Assembly: GCA_016868375.1 (NCBI GenBank)
Contig: VGHA01000004.1
Span: forward strand, 10,081 to 74,080
From: Betaproteobacteria bacterium
GTDB taxonomy: Bacteria > Pseudomonadota > Gammaproteobacteria > Burkholderiales > Burkholderiaceae_E
DNA length: 64,000 bases
Direction of reading: 5' to 3'
Under the pieces are notes generated by a model. That model searched no databases. It was not told the DNA's origin and saw nothing but the letters and a program-made list of their open reading frames with translations. The position numbers and the translations under genes are program-made. Shown piece after piece: positions 60,301 through 63,300 of the stretch (positions within the stretch are counted from its first letter, which is position 1; each line of letters opens with the position of its first letter).

Positions 60301-63300
60301 TTGGTTGCAGAATTGCCATCGAGCAGACTGTCCACGCCCTCACCCGGGGGCGAGCTGCCCTTGATCGGCGAGATGGCCTGCACCACCGCGGGCGACGAGC
60401 GCGCCGCCTCAAGCTGGCCGATAAAGAGGCCCGGGTCGCCGCTTTGCCAGACGCCCGAGACCGGGTTGCCGGCTGCGGCAAACATCGACGAGCCCGCACC
60501 GAAGGTATCGATGGCGGTAAAGCGCGCATCGCTGCGCGGGGCAAGCGCATCGGCAAAGCCCGCCTGCGTGGATGCGTCACCAATCGAAACGGTGCCCATC
60601 GCGTCGCGATAGGTGGCGGTATTGGCCTGCTCAACACCACCCGAGCCCAGCGGATTGCCGCGGGAATCAATGTCGGCCACCACGGTGATTCGGATCGCGG
60701 GCCGGCCGGTTTCGCCGGTGAAGCTGAGCATGGGCCCACTCTGCGACACCACGGCGCTGGCGGTGGTCTGCGCACCCAGCATGCGTGCGAGGCCTGCTGC
60801 GATATTGACGCGAATCTGCTCGGGCGTACCGATCTGGAAGCCGCCCTTGCCGTTACCCACAATCAGATCGGCCGCCGTGACGGTGTAAGCCACGGGCTCC
60901 TCTGAGAAGCCCGTCACCATCAACACGTCGCCGATCGCAAATCGGCCGGTAAGGAGCGCAAACTCGGTGTTGCCGAGCGCCGCGCGATCAAAATCGCCAA
61001 AGTTGGTGCGCGGCTGGTTCACCACCTTCCAGCCAAACAAGCCTGGCTGGCTGACCGGATCGACCGGACCCTGCAAGGTCCACGGATCGATCGCAGCCCA
61101 GCCGGCTGCGCCATCGCGGGCTTCCAGAATGATCTGAGCACCCGAGCCCAGCGCCCGAACGCTGGTGGACTGCGCATTGATCTGTGCGCGAAGCGATGCG
61201 GCAAGGGACGCATTCAGCTGCGACTGCGAAGGCGGTGCGCTGCTTGCCGAGCGCTGCGGCACGGTCACCCGGAAGGTCTCGAGCGATGCGCCCATCACGC
61301 GAAGCCCGATCACATCGCCCGGCACAAAGCGGCCCGAGATCTCCAGCACATCAAACTGCACCGCCTCGAAGGTGTCGGTGACCGCGATGCGGTCGCGCGA
61401 CAGCATTGCAACATCGGTGTAGGGCGCGGCGGCTGCGCTGGTGAGACCCCAGCTTTCGCCACGATCGGTGGAGGTGACGACAAAGCCGTTCGCCATCACC
61501 GCGGCAATCATGTTGCCGTCCGACGAGATCGAGACCGCGCGGTAATCGCCGCGCGGCGCACCGGCATCGCGCCAGCTCAATCCCTGGTCATCCGACAGAT
61601 AGACGCGACCCGCAGCACCACCCGCCACCGCGACCTGAATCGCGGGCAGGGTTTGCGCGCCAACTTTGCTGGTGCCCGAAATCGCCACATCGGTCCAGGC
61701 AATCGGGCCGGACAACACCTGCTGAACGGCCTCGCGCTCGGTGGCGATCACCAGTGCAAGTTCGAGATCGGAGAGCACAAAGCCCGTGGCATCGGGCCCG
61801 GGCACAACGCCGCCGCCGCCGTTTATGCCGGCGAATGCCGACAGGTCGCTTGCGCCTACCGTGAGGACATCATGGGCGCGCCGCGAGCCATCCTCGAGCG
61901 TGAGCATGCGGGTGGATTTTTCGAAGGCAAGCGAGCCTTCGGTGGCGAAGAAGCCGCCCACGCGCAGCTGAACCTCACCGCTTGCGCGAAGCAGCTCGCC
62001 CCGATCGGAATCAATATCCAGCACGCGGCTGGTTCCGGTCCCTGTCACCACCGAGACGGGTTTGGCCTTCAGATCGAGCACGCGGGTGCGGCTGTCCATG
62101 CCCTCGGGCAGGCCGCTCACCTGATTGACTTCGACCAGCAGGTTGTTGGCCGCAATCGAGACCTGATCACCGCCCACAAACACCACCTTGGCGGCCGATA
62201 CTTCGAGCGCGCTCCAGCGCGTGTCGGCATAGGCGTCCATGCCCAGCCGCTCGGCCGTGCCCAGCGTGGCCACTTCCGCACCCGACAGCGGACGCTCCCA
62301 GAGCGCGAGCTTGCCAACATTGAGCGGCGCATTGCCGAAGTTGTCATCGGCAAAGAACAGCACCTTCGAGCCCAGCGTGTAGCGGGCTGCGGTGCTGGTG
62401 GCGCTCGCCACCAGTTCGCCATCGATGTAGAGGCGCTTGGCACCGGCTTCGCTCACGAACACCACGCGCTGCCAGCGGGTTTCGTCGATGGCTGTGCCGA
62501 GATAGCCCAGGCCGTCACCGCCCGATCCATTGCCCAGCAGATCGGAGTCGCGATGAATGAAGAGCTCGCCGTCGTCGGCGTTGGTGCCGCTTGTCTGCAG
62601 CAGGCTGCGCCACAGCGCCCGGCTGTCCTCGGGCGACTGAATATCGAACATCACCGTGTAGTCGGCGAGCGGCTCAGCATTCGAGCCACGGTCCAGCATC
62701 AGGTAGTTGCCTGGGCCTGCGGCGGTGGTGATGACCCCGCCCGCGCGTACACCCACATCATCGGTGAGCGCCGCATGCTGCTCGAGCGCGCTGAAGAGCC
62801 GCGCTTCGGACAGATGCAGATATTTTTTGCCGCCCGACACACCCTTGGTGGTCGGGAACACCACCTTGTAGTACTGATACGACGTGCTGTTGTCAAAGCC
62901 CACCACGCTGGTGGCGCCTCGCTCGTTGCCGAGGCCCGTCTCGCCGCGACCCAGCCTCGTCCAGCTGGTGGCATTCGCCCAGCCGGTTGCCACATTGGTG
63001 CCCCAGACCTCCCAGGTCTTGGGATCCCACTGCCAGATGTCGTCGTTGGTGCGGGTGGTGAGCGCAAGCGAATCGAGCGCCTGCGGCTCGGCAAGCGCAA
63101 GGATGAAGCCCGAACCTGGACCGGTCTGATTCAGATACTTGGTGGCGGTGTTGCCATCAGCAAGATTGGCGACCCGCTCGTTCGCGGGCGACGTGCCCGG
63201 CGACGCGATCAGCGTGCCGACCGCGCTCGCCACGCGGGTAAGCGACGGGCCGTCTGCGATGCGGTTGGCCAGCACATCATCGCCCGGCACAAAGTCATAC

